From: an uncultured Acidobacteriota bacterium
GTDB taxonomy: Bacteria; Acidobacteriota; Vicinamibacteria; Vicinamibacterales; 2-12-FULL-66-21
Direction: 5' to 3'
NCBI GenBank assembly: GCA_963748295.1
Contig: CAVVIH010000008.1
Span: 123,873 to 187,872 of the forward strand
Length of the DNA: 64,000 nucleotides
Below are positions 8,697 through 19,246 of the stretch, in pieces. The position numbers and the translations under genes were made by a program. Position 1 is the first letter of the stretch, and each line of letters starts with the position of its first letter. The notes under the pieces are model-generated. The model had not been told where the DNA came from, did not search any database, and saw only the letters and a program-made list of their open reading frames with translations.

Positions 8697-11168
8697 TCAT
8701 TGCTGCGACAGCGCGACCAGCGGGCTGACCCGCGAGGCGCGCCTCGCAGGCCCGAGGCAGGCAACGAGAGAAACGAATCCGAGGACCGCGACCGCGGTCA
8801 GCATCACCATCGGGTCGAGCGCGCCGACGCCGTACAACTGAGAAGCGATCGCGCCACGCAGCGCGAGAGCGCCGGCGATGCCGGCGGCAATCCCGCACGT
8901 CGTCAGCAGCGCCCCCTCGTTCAGGACGAGTCGAAGGATGCCGCGCGCATCGCTGCCGAGCGCCAGCCGGATGCCGATCTCGCGGGTTCGCTGGCTGACA
9001 TGATAGGCGAGCACGCCATAGAGGCCGATCGACGCCAGCAGCAAGGCCATCAAGCCGAACGCTGCCGAGAGAATCATCGGCGCGCGCCGCGGGTTGAGAG
9101 ACTTCTCGACCCGCTCGGACATCGAGAATACGTCGAAGGCCTGCATTTCGGGATCGATTTCGGCGAGCGCACGCTGGACGGCCGCCGTGGTCGCGGCCAT
9201 GTCCGCGCGGCTTCGCACCGCGAAGCCGATGCCTCGCTCCGGGTCCTGGAAGAATGGCAGATAGTACGCGCCCGCGCGAGCCTGCTCGCCTTCGACGAGG
9301 CCCTTCAGCTTCACGTTCGCCACCACGCCTATCACCTGAAGCCACTTGACGGTCGGTCCGGGCTTCACGATGTCTTCTGGTCGATCGGGCAAATACAGCC
9401 GCCGGCCGATCGGATCGTCACCGGGCCAGAACAGCGCGGCGAGCTGCTCGTCAACTAGGACGACTCCTGGTGCGTCCGGCCCGTCGGCATCGGTGAACAA
9501 TCGCCCGCGCTTCAACGCCACTTTCATGGCTTCCAGATATCCCGGCGTCACATAGAGCTGGTTCGGCGACACGACCGACGCGCCGGGGTCCATCGAGCGG
9601 CCCTCGGGAATGATCACGCTGCTGTTGCCGTCCCAGCTGAAGGGCAGATAGCTGCTGGCGCCGGCCGCCTCGACGCCTGGAAGCGCACGAATCCGCTCGA
9701 GTGCCCGGTTCACGTAAGACCTGAGCGCGGCGTCATCGGGATAGCGCGTTTCGAGAGGGCTCACGCGTCCGGTCAGCACACCCTCCGCGACGAACCCGGG
9801 ATTGACGCGAAGCAGCCGCTCGAAGCTCGCGAGCAGCAGCCCGGCGCCCACCAGCAGCACGAACGCCAGCGCAACCTGCGACACCACGAGCCCGCGCCGG
9901 ATGAGTCGCGTGCCGCGCCCTACCGTGCCGCTGCGGCCTTCCTCGCGAAGCATGTTGCTCAAGCTGACGCGCGCGAGCTGCACCGCCGGTGCGGCGCCGA
10001 TAACCAATCCGAGCAGCACCGCCAGGCCGACCGTGAACGCGAAGATCGTGTTGTCCATCCGAATCTCGTGCGCACGCGGCAAATCGGTCAACCGCAGCCA
10101 CTCGAGCGCGCCGAGACTCCAGTAGCCGACGAGCAGGCCCAGCGCTCCGCCGATCACCGTCAGCAGCGTCGCCTCGGTCACGAGTTGGAAGGCGATCCGC
10201 CCGCGCCCGGCGCCAATCGCGCTTCGCGTCGCCAGCTCCTTCATCCGGGCGCTGCCGCGCACCAGTGAAAGATTCGCGATGTTGACGGCGGCAATCAGGA
10301 CGACGAAGAGCACGCCGCCGAGCAACAGCTGCAACGCCGCGCGGACGTTACGCACCAGATCGGCCTCGAACCCGGCCATCCTGGTCGTGTATCCCGCTTT
10401 AATGAGCGGCGCCTTGAGCGGACCAGCCCGCTCGACGAACTGCGCGTTGAGCGCGTCGACCTGTGCCTGCGCCTGCTCCATCGTTACGCCTGGCGCGAGC
10501 CGTGCGATCTGCTCGTGATTCTGACTGTATCGCCGCTCTTCCGCGCGGTCCTCGTCGCTGAAGGCAAGCGGAACGAAAAGGCGAACGTCGGGATTCAGGA
10601 ACGAAAACGATGGTGGAAGCACGCCGACGACGTCATACACTTCGTCGTCGAGCCGCAGCTGACGCCCGACGATTCCGGCGGCGCCACCCGGTTGCTTCGC
10701 CGCAAGGATGTGACTCAGCACGACGACCTTGTTGCGCCCTGGCGTCCCCTCGTCTTCGCGGAAGAGGCGGCCGGTCGCTGGTTCGGTCCGGAGCACTTTG
10801 AAAAACGAAGGGGTCACGGTCATCGCCGACACGCCCTCCGCCGCCGTCCCCTGGCCAACTCGAAACCCCGCGTTTTGATAGAGCGCAACCTCTTCGAATA
10901 CGTTCGCCAGCGCGCGCCGGTCGAAGTAGTTGGGCACCGAGGTGCCGGCGCGCTCCACGCCTGCGCCAGGGAACGAGTCGTACGAAGTCAGCAGGCGGTG
11001 CGAGTCGGGATACGGGAGCGGGCGGAACAGGACAGAACGCACGACCGTGGCAATGGCGGCGTTGGCGCCCAGGCACACCGCAAGAGTGAGGATGACCGTG
11101 AAGGAGTAGGCGCGGTCCTTGCGCAACATGCGCCACGCGAAGGCGAGATCCTGGCGGATGGCGTCCAT
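8697..11168 (-). CDS. MacB/FtsX-type ABC permease (acidobacterial duplicated orphan permease, ADOP)
   Basis: QDLAFAWRMLRK...ILTLAVCLGANAAI; duplicated permease halves; QRTREIGIRLALG; ARRASRVSPLVAL end; no adjacent ATPase. Confidence 0.92.
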   Translation of the reverse strand: MDAIRQDLAFAWRMLRKDRAYSFTVILTLAVCLGANAAIATVVRSVLFRPLPYPDSHRLLTSYDSFPGAGVERAGTSVPNYFDRRALANVFEEVALYQNAGFRVGQGTAAEGVSAMTVTPSFFKVLRTEPATGRLFREDEGTPGRNKVVVLSHILAAKQPGGAAGIVGRQLRLDDEVYDVVGVLPPSFSFLNPDVRLFVPLAFSDEDRAEERRYSQNHEQIARLAPGVTMEQAQAQVDALNAQFVERAGPLKAPLIKAGYTTRMAGFEADLVRNVRAALQLLLGGVLFVVLIAAVNIANLSLVRGSARMKELATRSAIGAGRGRIAFQLVTEATLLTVIGGALGLLVGYWSLGALEWLRLTDLPRAHEIRMDNTIFAFTVGLAVLLGLVIGAAPAVQLARVSLSNMLREEGRSGTVGRGTRLIRRGLVVSQVALAFVLLVGAGLLLASFERLLRVNPGFVAEGVLTGRVSPLETRYPDDAALRSYVNRALERIRALPGVEAAGASSYLPFSWDGNSSVIIPEGRSMDPGASVVSPNQLYVTPGYLEAMKVALKRGRLFTDADGPDAPGVVLVDEQLAALFWPGDDPIGRRLYLPDRPEDIVKPGPTVKWLQVIGVVANVKLKGLVEGEQARAGAYYLPFFQDPERGIGFAVRSRADMAATTAAVQRALAEIDPEMQAFDVFSMSERVEKSLNPRRAPMILSAAFGLMALLLASIGLYGVLAYHVSQRTREIGIRLALGSDARGILRLVLNEGALLTTCGIAAGIAGALALRGAIASQLYGVGALDPMVMLTAVAVLGFVSLVACLGPARRASRVSPLVALSQQ

Positions 11169-11236
11169 GCTGGAACCTTACGGGCGGACGGTGTCGCCGG
11201 TTCGACGAACGGCCCGCGACGGCAGAGACAGTAATA

Positions 11237-13960
11237 CTACGGTTTCAGGAGGCGTGGCCAGTTGAGTATCACGCTCAACGGCGTGGAAAGGTTCTCCTCG
11301 ATCAACTTGTTCACCAGGATGTGCTGCCCATCCGGCGCCATGTTGTACGGGTAGGCGTCGAGCCTGATCCGCGTTCGCAGGCGCGTCTTGAACAACGGGT
11401 GGATATCACCGACCGCCAACTCGTCTCCGTTGATGCGGACCTGCGCGGCCATGAAGGTCTCGTCCGGCGCGACGAACACGATTTCTGCATTGTCGCGCCG
11501 CCAGTGCGGCCAGCTGCCGCCGTTCGCTGAAACCTGGCGCGGCTCGCCGGCGCGGCCGTGCGGCTTGACGTACACCTCCAGGCGGCCGGACACGTTCGCG
11601 GCGTATGCGATCCATCGACCATCGCCGGAGAAACGTGCCTGTGTTTCGACCAGCGACGTGTCGACGAAGGCCCGCGCAGCCCCGCCGCGAGCCGGCAGCA
11701 GCATGATGTCGCTCCGCGCAATGGTTCGGCCGCCGGCGATGAACAGGACCGACTCGCCGTCAGGCGACCAGTCGGCCGCGAACTTCCCGAGCGCAAGGCC
11801 CTCATCTGCTATCCGCCGCTCGGGTCCGGTTGTCTGGGACTTCTCATACAGGTCTACACGGCCTTCGCGGAACGAGCTGAAGATGAGCCGTCTGCCGTCC
11901 GGGCCCCAGACGGGTGCGAAGTCGTCGGTCGGGCCCCACGTGAAACGTTCGCCAATACCGCGCTTGACGTCGAAGGTCCAGATATCGCGCGTGCCGAGTA
12001 CCGGATCCGCCCTGCTCGATGCCGCCCGGGTTCCGTCGGGCGAGAGCACGACATCCACCCAGTCGGCCTGTTCACCAAGACGACCGACCTCGGTGCCGCG
12101 CCGATTCGAACCACGCCAGCTGAGAACCCACGGCGGCCGTCGTCTGGTAGACGAGCACGTCGTTCGACACGCTGTACGCGCCTCCGATGCCCCCGCCGGA
12201 GGCACTCGTGAGCACGCGTTCCATGATCGGCACCGGCGTGCCTTCGAGCGCCAGCCGGGTTGCGTCGAACGGCTGTGCGAGGAGAGTTCCGCTCCGGACG
12301 AAGAGCAGGCGGCCGCCGGCATACGCCGGCTGCGACGCGTTCTCGACCAGAAGCTTCGCGAACGATGGCTCTCCGAGTCGCCCGATGTAGATACCGGTCG
12401 GCGTCGTCGCGCCCCCCTGCAGGCTGCCGACCGCGGCATAGAGAAAGTGGCGGCCATCCGGGAGAAACGAGGGTTGCGCGTGCTGCACGTGGCCCGCGGC
12501 GGTGTCGAGCGTCGTGGCGGCTGTGGAATCCCCGCCGGACGAACTCGATACCTGGTGAAGGGGCGCGTTGCCGGCCGGCGTGAACAGGATGACGCCCTCG
12601 TGATTCCAGGCGCTCAGGCTGCTGAAGCGCAGGTCGGCCAGCGTGACCGGTGCGCCGCCGTCGAGCGATACCCGCTTCAGCTGGCCGCTCAGGACCGAAA
12701 TCTCCGCTGTCGGCCGCCAGATGAATCCGAGCTGGCGCGAATCCGGGGACCAGAATGGATAAGTGCCTCCTTCTGTCCCGGCGATTGGCTGTGCGACGGG
12801 CGTATCCAGCGGTCGAACCCACAGCATCGTCCCGCCGCCGGGCGCGTTTCCGACGTACGCGATGCGCCGGCCGTCGGGAGACACCGCGAAGCGCGTCACC
12901 TGTTCCGGAGCGGCAGCGGTCGCGAGGTTCGGCAATGGAATCGCGGCGCTCACGACACGTTCGTCCGCGGCACTCGTGTCCGGCGCCTCCCGCCGCCAGT
13001 AAAGGATGCCGAGCGTCAGGAACAGGACGCCGGCAGCCGTCCACGCGGCCGCCTCTCGCATCCTGGACCACCGCATCGAAGCGGCCGCTGCTGCCGGCAT
13101 CGCACCGGAATCGGTGCCGGCGGTGAGCGCCTCGTCCAGCTCGATGCGTGCGTCGGCAATGTCGTGCAGCCGGCGCCGCGCATCCTTCTCGAGACACCTG
13201 CGCAGCAGCCACCGCACGCGCTCGGGTGTCTGGCTGGGAAGAAGCGTCCAGTCCGGTTCGCTCCCGAGGATCGCAACACGGTGTCGGAGAGAGTGGACCG
13301 GGCAAACGGGTTGCGCGCCGTCAGCATCTCGTAGAAGACGCATCCGAACGAGAAGATGTCGGTGCGCTTGTCGAGCGGCTGGCCGCGCGCCTGTTCCGGG
13401 CTCATATAAGCAACGGTGCCCAGGACAACTCCGCTCTTCGTCGCGTCCGCCGCGACCGTCGCCGCATTGCCCTCGGCGACCAGCGCTTTCGCCAGGCCGA
13501 AGTCGAGCACCTTCGAATGGCCCTCGGCGGTGAAGGCGATGTTGGCAGGCTTCAGATCGCGATGGATGATGCCGCGATCGTGCGCAGCCTGCAGGGCGTC
13601 GGCGATCTGCCGCGCGATCGTCAACGCGTCACGAACGGCGAGCGGACCGGATGCCAGACGAGTGGCGAGCGTGCCTCCCTCGACCAGCTCCATGACGAGG
13701 AACTGGGAATCGTCTGCTTCTTCCAGACCATAGAGCGTTGCGATGTGTGGATGGGTCAGGCCCGCGAGGATCTGCGCCTCGCGGCGGAACCTCGAGATGC
13801 GTTCGGGATCGGCAACCGCAGCCGCGGGGAGCGCCTTGACGGCAACGTCGCGTCCGAGGCGCGTGTCGCGCGCGCGATACACCTCGCCCATCCCGCCCGC
13901 GCCAAGCGGCGCGACGATGTCGTACGGACCGAGGCGATGTCCGGATGGCAGCGCCGTCAC
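11237..13960 (-). CDS. Ser/Thr kinase with TM helix and TolB/WD40-like beta-propeller (frameshifts near 13275 and 12110)
   Basis: LGAGGMGEVYRARDTRLGRDVAVK, HRDLKPAN, DFGLAK, YMSPEQARG. Many SPDG/WSPD propeller repeats; ends VILNWPRLLKP. Confidence 0.9.
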
Positions 13961-14048
13961 TTCCTCGCCAGCGCTGCGTTCGGCATGCCAGCCATCACTT
14001 TCATGGCGTGGATGATACCCGAGCGTTGCACGCCGGCGCGAAGCGTGG

Positions 14049-14585
14049 CTACTTCAGCACGATCCGCTGCGTCACCTTCCCGTCCTCGATCGGGCGCTCG
14101 GAGAACGCCGGGTTGCCGCGCATCTCCGAAGTGATGAAGGGATCTCCCGTGAAGACGATCTCGAAGATGTGTGGCGCCCGTCCGGCCGCGCTGACCTCGA
14201 AGTGAATGTGCGCCGGCACGCGGCTCTGCGGATATGAGCCCGGCTTGATTGTGTCGAACGAGTACGCGCCCTTCGCATCGGTCCGCAGGAACAGCTTCAG
14301 CCGCGGATTGCGATTGTCGCTCGCCGGCTTCACGCTGTAATAGCCCTCGTGATCGGTCTGATAGACGTAGAGGGACGCGCCAGCGACTGGCGCGTTGTCC
14401 GGACCTACCACGACGCCGCTGACGTGGAGCGGCTGGCCAGGCTCGCCCGCCGGCGCCAGGCGGCCGGCCGACGGCGCGCCGGCAGGTGCTTCGTGGACGG
14501 CCTGACGTGCGGCCGCCGCGCCTGACAGCAGAACGACGACCACGATCGAGATCCAGGGCAAGCTGCGAACACGTGTGATGAACAT
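14049..14585 (-). CDS. Secreted intradiol ring-cleavage dioxygenase-like protein
   Basis: GEPGQPLHVSGVV, YQTDHEGYYS, TDAKGAYSFDTIKPGSYP, PAHIHFEV; N-terminal hydrophobic signal. Confidence 0.75.
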   Translation of the reverse strand: MFITRVRSLPWISIVVVVLLSGAAAARQAVHEAPAGAPSAGRLAPAGEPGQPLHVSGVVVGPDNAPVAGASLYVYQTDHEGYYSVKPASDNRNPRLKLFLRTDAKGAYSFDTIKPGSYPQSRVPAHIHFEVSAAGRAPHIFEIVFTGDPFITSEMRGNPAFSERPIEDGKVTQRIVLK

Positions 14586-14677
14586 GCGCATCACTCCCTT
14601 CGGCGTGAATCGTCTCACGACTTCGCCCGGCCGGGCGCCGGCGCGCCATTACTTCGTTGGGGCGAAACGCGGGACCG

Positions 14678-14710
14678 AAAAGAGTAAAGCCTCGCGGTCG
14701 CGAGGCTCTC
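14678..14710 (-). terminator. Hairpin terminator downstream of the DUF4142 gene
   Basis: AGCCTCGCG-GT-CGCGAGGCT (14688-14707), followed on the minus strand by a T-rich tail. Confidence 0.55.
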
Positions 14711-14723
14711 GAGCAGACGTTTG

Positions 14724-15420
14724 TCAGTTGGTCGAACGTTTCTTCGCCGCGTTCTCGAGCGTTCTCGCGGCGTCGAGGTGCTTTTGCGCGACGGGGAACG
14801 TCTCGGCCGCCCACTGATTGATCTTCCGCGTCACGTCGTTGTCGCTCTTGGCGGGACGGACTTCCACATCGGCCATCTGCGTTTTGGGGTCGGGCAGCGC
14901 GTTGCTTTGGGTGCGCCCCGCCGCGGCGGTCTTCCAATCCGCGAGCGACTGGACGTCGAGCCGGGATTCCAGCTTCGCGGCAAGGTCCTGATGGCTCTGC
15001 GACCATTGCCTTCGCATACTCGCGATCGAAATCGGCGCCCTGTTCCTTCGCCAACTCGTCGACGATCTTCTTGTGCTTCTCGTCGAGCTGGGCGGGCCAG
15101 TCAATCGGGACGCCTGAGGCGGCGCTCTTCAGCTTGTTGCCAGCCGCGCCATGCTCGTCGATCATCCTTTGCGCGAACGACTTGATGTCAGGGCTTGTCG
15201 CTTTCTCGAGCGCCATGCGGCTGAGCTCGATCTCCGCCAGGTTCTTGAGCGCGACGTCACGCACGAAGTCGTCGTCGTTCTTCACGTCCGCACCGGCCCC
15301 GCCCGTGCCGACCGCAGCGGGGCGTTCCGCGGGGGCGTCCGAACGGTCGGACTTCGAGCAGCCGCCGATGACGATCATGACGGCAGGGACCGCGACCCAC
15401 AACAGACCAGCACGACTCAT
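14724..15420 (-). CDS. DUF4142 family lipoprotein (frameshift near 15000)
   Basis: Lipobox IGGC; DDDFVRDVALKNLAEIELSRMAL, IKSFAQRMIDEH, GADFDREY, QKHLDAARTL. Confidence 0.8.
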
Positions 15421-15578
15421 CCGACCCTCCTCTGCATCTCGACCTGCCGATCGACGTGCAAGGGGAGTGACGTCAGCCGCTCACCGTTTTGCGGGTCGTG
15501 CGTGACGACCGAGGGAAGTACAGAAGCTTGCTGTCGTGGAGATCACCGGAACATGGCGGGCGAGAATCCGTTCAGAAT

Positions 15579-15890
15579 CTAGAGTTTTACCTCGCTGAGT
15601 TGGATCGTCGGCTGCGTGTTCGTGTAATTAGGGATGTCGCCCACGATCGCCTCTGCGTGCGGACCGAATGCCTGCTGAAACGACTCCACCGTGTCGAACA
15701 GAAGATGGCCCATTGCGACGAATGCGGGCGCTGAGCCAGGCTGAGTGCCACTAAGCCCGCCCTCCACGGCGGTGCCCTTGAGCGCAGTCCCAAGTTTCTG
15801 TTGAACCATAGGAATGTGCTTCCCGAGGTAGTACGTCATGTCAAATCGGCTGCCCGGGCCGTTGGGGTATAGGACGCTTACTTTGATCAT
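15579..15890 (-). CDS. EthD family reductase
   Basis: MIKVSVLYPN...FDMTYYLGKHIPMV...DIPNYTNTQPTIQLSEV; own SD (GGAGG) upstream. Confidence 0.88.
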   Translation of the reverse strand: MIKVSVLYPNGPGSRFDMTYYLGKHIPMVQQKLGTALKGTAVEGGLSGTQPGSAPAFVAMGHLLFDTVESFQQAFGPHAEAIVGDIPNYTNTQPTIQLSEVKL

Positions 15891-15922
15891 TCCCGCCTCC
15901 GTCCGGCATTCTACAGCGCGCC

Positions 15923-16532
15923 CTATTCCCGCGGCCCGGCATGCGGGTCGTACGGTTCGATCTGCGCGGCGCGTGCCCGCCAGGTACTCAGCCTTCAATC
16001 GACTTACCTCCACAGCATTGTGCAGAATCTCGCAGTCGCAGTAGCCGCCTCGAGCCATGAGGACGTGAAAGACATCGAAGTACTCTTCCTCGCGGAATCC
16101 TCGAGCTGACAGGACAGCTCGTGCATGCCGGTAGTCACCGTGACACTGCTGTCGAGGATGCGACGCATCTGGAGGGCAGAGGATGTCATCCAGCGCTCCG
16201 AACACGCCCGCCCCGTGCAGGCAACGCATGACATCCGGGCTGATCTCGTCAATCAGCTCGGCATCCGGATACTCCAGATCTTCCGGACGCTCGCCCGGGG
16301 CGAGCTCGAACCACTCCGTTTCAATCAAGTGGCGTTCGTAGTAGTCGGCGGGAATGAGATTCCGGATGTAGTGGTAGCGCTGCGCCGGGTAAAGAGCCGC
16401 GAACTGCGCCTCCGTGAAATACACCGCCGGGCGCGTGGGATCGTCCGTCCACGGTTCCACGCGAATCTCCATATTCGGATAGGCTCGACGCAAGAACTCA
16501 CGGAGGTCGGTTTCAAGCTGATGTAGATTCAT
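15923..16532 (-). CDS. DUF2695-domain protein (apparent frameshift near 15983)
   Basis: GGYCDCEILHN motif. Removing one base gives AEYWRARAAQIEPYDPHAGPRE*. Confidence 0.65.
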
Positions 16533-16559
16533 ATGTCACCGTCGTTCAGCGTTCAACAT

Positions 16560-17381
16560 ATGACGAAGCTGAGGTTTCAGCAGCACGCGATGGCGGCAGC
16601 ATTTGTTGTTTTCTGCGTTGCGGTCATCGCGCTCGCGTCCGCTCCGCTGCTGCTGCCCAAGCCGACAGCGCGCGAGATCCGGCAGCAGTTGTGGGCGGAG
16701 CTCCAACCGGTCCGGCTCGCAAATTGCGAGATGCGGCGTTTCGGCAGTCCCAATGACGGCGGCTATCTGATGTGTGGGAATCTCCTCGGCGCGGTCCAAG
16801 CCGCGTACTGGTACGGCATTGGTCCGTTCGACGATTGGGGCTGCGACGTGTCCCAGAATCTTGGTGTCACCGTTCACCAATACGACTGCTTCATGCCGCC
16901 GCCCTCACCGTGTCCGAGCGCTGTGTTCCACAATGAGTGCATCGGTCCCAAAACGGCCGTCATCGAATCGCGGGTCTTCGATTCGCTCACCAGGCAGATG
17001 TCAAAGAACGGCGATGCTGGCAAAACATTCGTCGTCAAAATCGACATAGAGGGTGCGGAGCTTGATTCGCTGCTGGCCACACCGGACAGCGTGCTGCAGC
17101 GTATCGACCAGCTCGCGATGGAGATTCACGGTGCAGACAAGCGCTTCCTGCGAATGGTCCGGAAGCTAAAACGGACGTTTCACCCGGTCCACATCCATTT
17201 CAACAATCAGGCGTGCACCGTACGATACAAGCCGTTCCCTGCTTCGGCCTACCAGGTCCTTTTCGTCAACAAGCAAATCGCCGTCGTCGATCCGCACCAG
17301 CGGCGTCCCACCTTGCCGCACCCGCTGGATGCTCCCGACTACTCGCTCGGGCGCGACTGTCAAACACCGCTCGAGCCGTAG
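16560..17381 (+). CDS. FkbM-like methyltransferase (Methyltransf_22 type) with N-terminal anchor
   Basis: RFGSPNDGGYLMC, YGIG, VKIDIEGAE, QLAMEIHG, HIHFNN. Confidence 0.8.
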   Translation: MTKLRFQQHAMAAAFVVFCVAVIALASAPLLLPKPTAREIRQQLWAELQPVRLANCEMRRFGSPNDGGYLMCGNLLGAVQAAYWYGIGPFDDWGCDVSQNLGVTVHQYDCFMPPPSPCPSAVFHNECIGPKTAVIESRVFDSLTRQMSKNGDAGKTFVVKIDIEGAELDSLLATPDSVLQRIDQLAMEIHGADKRFLRMVRKLKRTFHPVHIHFNNQACTVRYKPFPASAYQVLFVNKQIAVVDPHQRRPTLPHPLDAPDYSLGRDCQTPLEP

Positions 17382-17391
17382 ATCGAAATCG

Positions 17392-17423
17392 CAAAAACAA
17401 AGAGCCTCGCACTGCGAGGCTCT
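17392..17423 (-). terminator. tRNA-Glu intrinsic terminator
   Basis: Minus strand AGAGCCTCGCAGTGCGAGGCTC TTTGTTTTT, 20 nt after CCA. Confidence 0.8.
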
Positions 17424-17443
17424 GGAAACGAATCTATGATGAA

Positions 17444-17518
17444 TGGTACCGGTACGGGGATTCGAACCCCGGTCCCGTGGCTGAGAACCACGTGTCCTGA
17501 CCCCTAGACGATACCGGC
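17444..17518 (-). tRNA. tRNA-Glu (anticodon CTC)
   Basis: GCCGGTA/TACCGGT acceptor stem, anticodon arm CGTGG-TTCTCAG-CCACG, GGTTCGAATCC T-arm, encoded CCA. Confidence 0.97.
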
Positions 17519-17536
17519 CCCGGACCAGAAACTCCG

Positions 17537-17566
17537 ATTTTAGCAACTGGCGCGGAGCCCGGTCAA
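17537..17566 (-). promoter_or_regulatory. sigma70-type promoter of tRNA-Glu
   Basis: TTGACC-N18-TAAAAT on the minus strand. Confidence 0.6.
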
Positions 17567-17567
17567 G

Positions 17568-17853
17568 GACGCCGATTGCCGCGGATCAACAAACGGGACG
17601 CGGATTCTCAAGATCTTCGATGCAAACGGGGACGCGGATTGACGCGGATCAACACACGAAACGCGGATTGACACGGATCTCCTAATCAACCTCGACGGAT
17701 CAACGGGGGATCTCACGCTCATGACTGAGCCGTGATACCGCGAGAATCCGCGTCCGCTAAAGAAAAAAGAAATCCGCGTCGATCCGCGTTCCGTGAATGG
17801 TTTGTGACCGCGAAAATCCGCGTCTCGTGATTTAATGGCATGCGATCCGCGTC
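17568..17853. repeat. Inverted array of degenerate decamers (GACGCGGATY / RATCCGCGTC)
   Basis: Left arm copies at 17568, 17578, 17597, 17631, 17641, 17660, 17670. Right arm reverse-complement copies at 17745, 17771, 17781, 17815, 17844. Small central hairpin at 17713-17735. Confidence 0.9.
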
Positions 17854-17865
17854 TATGATCTCTAC

Positions 17866-19239
17866 ATGCGCTTTCTCCTCGGACTGATCCTGATCCTCGT
17901 ACTCGCTGCGGGCGGCGCCTGGCTGGTGGCCGGCCGTATGGCCGCGCCCGGCATCCAGATCACGAAACCTGAAAAGTTCGTCGGCGCCTCGACTGAAGTC
18001 GAGGTCGCGGTCGAGTCACCCGACGGCCAGCTCTCGGATCTGCAGATCGCCTTCGAGCAGAACGACAAGCAGGTTCCGCTGTTCAGCCTCGCGGCCCCGG
18101 GCAGCGCCAAAACGAAACAGGACGGACAGCGCGTCATCGTCACTGCCGTCATCGACAAGCAGACGGTGCCGTCGCTGCAGTCCGGCCCGGCGCGGATCAG
18201 CGTCCGCTCCGGACGGAAGGTGCTGTACGGGCTGCGCACCAGAGACGCCGCCTTGACGCGTGACGTCCAGGTAAGACTGGAGCGTCCGCGCGTCGCGGTC
18301 GTCTCGACGCATCACTACGTGAACCACGGCGGCGCGGAGATGGTCGTCTACCGCGTCACCCCGGACGACGTGGAGTCGGGCGTCGTGGTGGGGAACCTCG
18401 AATATCCAGGCTACCGGGCAGCCGGCGCCACCGTGGACGGCGTCAACATCGCCGACCCGGCGCTCCGCATCGCCTACTTCGCGCTGCTCTACGACCAGGA
18501 TCTGAACACGCCGATGCGCGTCTACGCGCGGGACCCCGCGGGCAACACCGCACGCGCGGATTTCGAGCACCGCGTGTTCCCGAAGCCGTTCAAGAAAAGT
18601 CAAATCCCGGTCGATGACAAGTTCCTCGATCGCGTGGTGCCGGCAATCCTCGAAGGCACGACCGACATCAAGCCCGAGGGGGACACGCTCGCCAGGTTCC
18701 TGGCGATCAACGGCGAGCTGCGGCGGAAGAACGCCGAGAAGATCGCATCGTTTGCCGCGCAGACCGCGCCGGAGATGCTGTGGCGAGGCGTCGTGTTCCA
18801 CACGTTCAAGAACAACGCGGTGGAATCCGCCTTCGCCGACCAGCGCACCTATCTCTACAAGGGCAAAGAGGTCGACAAGCAGGTGCACCTCGGCTTCGAC
18901 CTGGCCTCGCTCAGCAATGCCCCTGTCCTCGCAGCGAACCGCGGCAAGGTGCTCTTCGCGGACGAGCTCGGCATCTACGGGAACTGCGTGATCATCGACC
19001 ACGGCATGGGTATCCAGTCGCTCTACGCGCACCTGTCGTCGATCGACGTGCAGCCCGGCCAGATGGTCGAGAAGGAACAGACGCTCGGCCGCAGCGGCAT
19101 GACCGGTCTCGCCGGCGGCGACCATCTGCACTTCACGATGCTGCTGCACGGCCGCATGGTGAATCCCGTGGAGTGGTGGGACCCCCACTGGATCGAGGAC
19201 CGCATCCTGCGCAAGCTCAAGGCCGCCGGGGGGGTGTAG
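17866..19239 (+). CDS. M23 family metallopeptidase
   Basis: HLGFDLAS (HxxxD), YAHLS, DHLHF (HxH), VNPVEWWD; N-terminal TM anchor. Confidence 0.92.
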   Translation: MRFLLGLILILVLAAGGAWLVAGRMAAPGIQITKPEKFVGASTEVEVAVESPDGQLSDLQIAFEQNDKQVPLFSLAAPGSAKTKQDGQRVIVTAVIDKQTVPSLQSGPARISVRSGRKVLYGLRTRDAALTRDVQVRLERPRVAVVSTHHYVNHGGAEMVVYRVTPDDVESGVVVGNLEYPGYRAAGATVDGVNIADPALRIAYFALLYDQDLNTPMRVYARDPAGNTARADFEHRVFPKPFKKSQIPVDDKFLDRVVPAILEGTTDIKPEGDTLARFLAINGELRRKNAEKIASFAAQTAPEMLWRGVVFHTFKNNAVESAFADQRTYLYKGKEVDKQVHLGFDLASLSNAPVLAANRGKVLFADELGIYGNCVIIDHGMGIQSLYAHLSSIDVQPGQMVEKEQTLGRSGMTGLAGGDHLHFTMLLHGRMVNPVEWWDPHWIEDRILRKLKAAGGV

Positions 19240-19246
19240 TAACGTT

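Noticed and set aside
13957-15420. 487-aa ORF
   Set aside because: Only the N-terminus is DUF4142; the rest is out-of-frame read-through across the dioxygenase-like gene.
15455-15475. sigma-54 promoter for the DUF4142 gene
   Set aside because: CGTCAC-N5-TTGC lacks the invariant GG at -24.
15579-16532. DUF2695-EthD fusion protein
   Set aside because: EthD has its own SD and ATG, and a one-base correction gives DUF2695 its own stop at 15923.
17444-17475. attL/attR duplication of the tRNA 3' end
   Set aside because: No second copy was seen in the window by eye, and there is no integrase.
17568-17853. CRISPR array interpretation (also considered for 58147-58310)
   Set aside because: Units are 8-10 nt, spacers are about 10-15 nt, orientation flips midway, and there are no cas genes.
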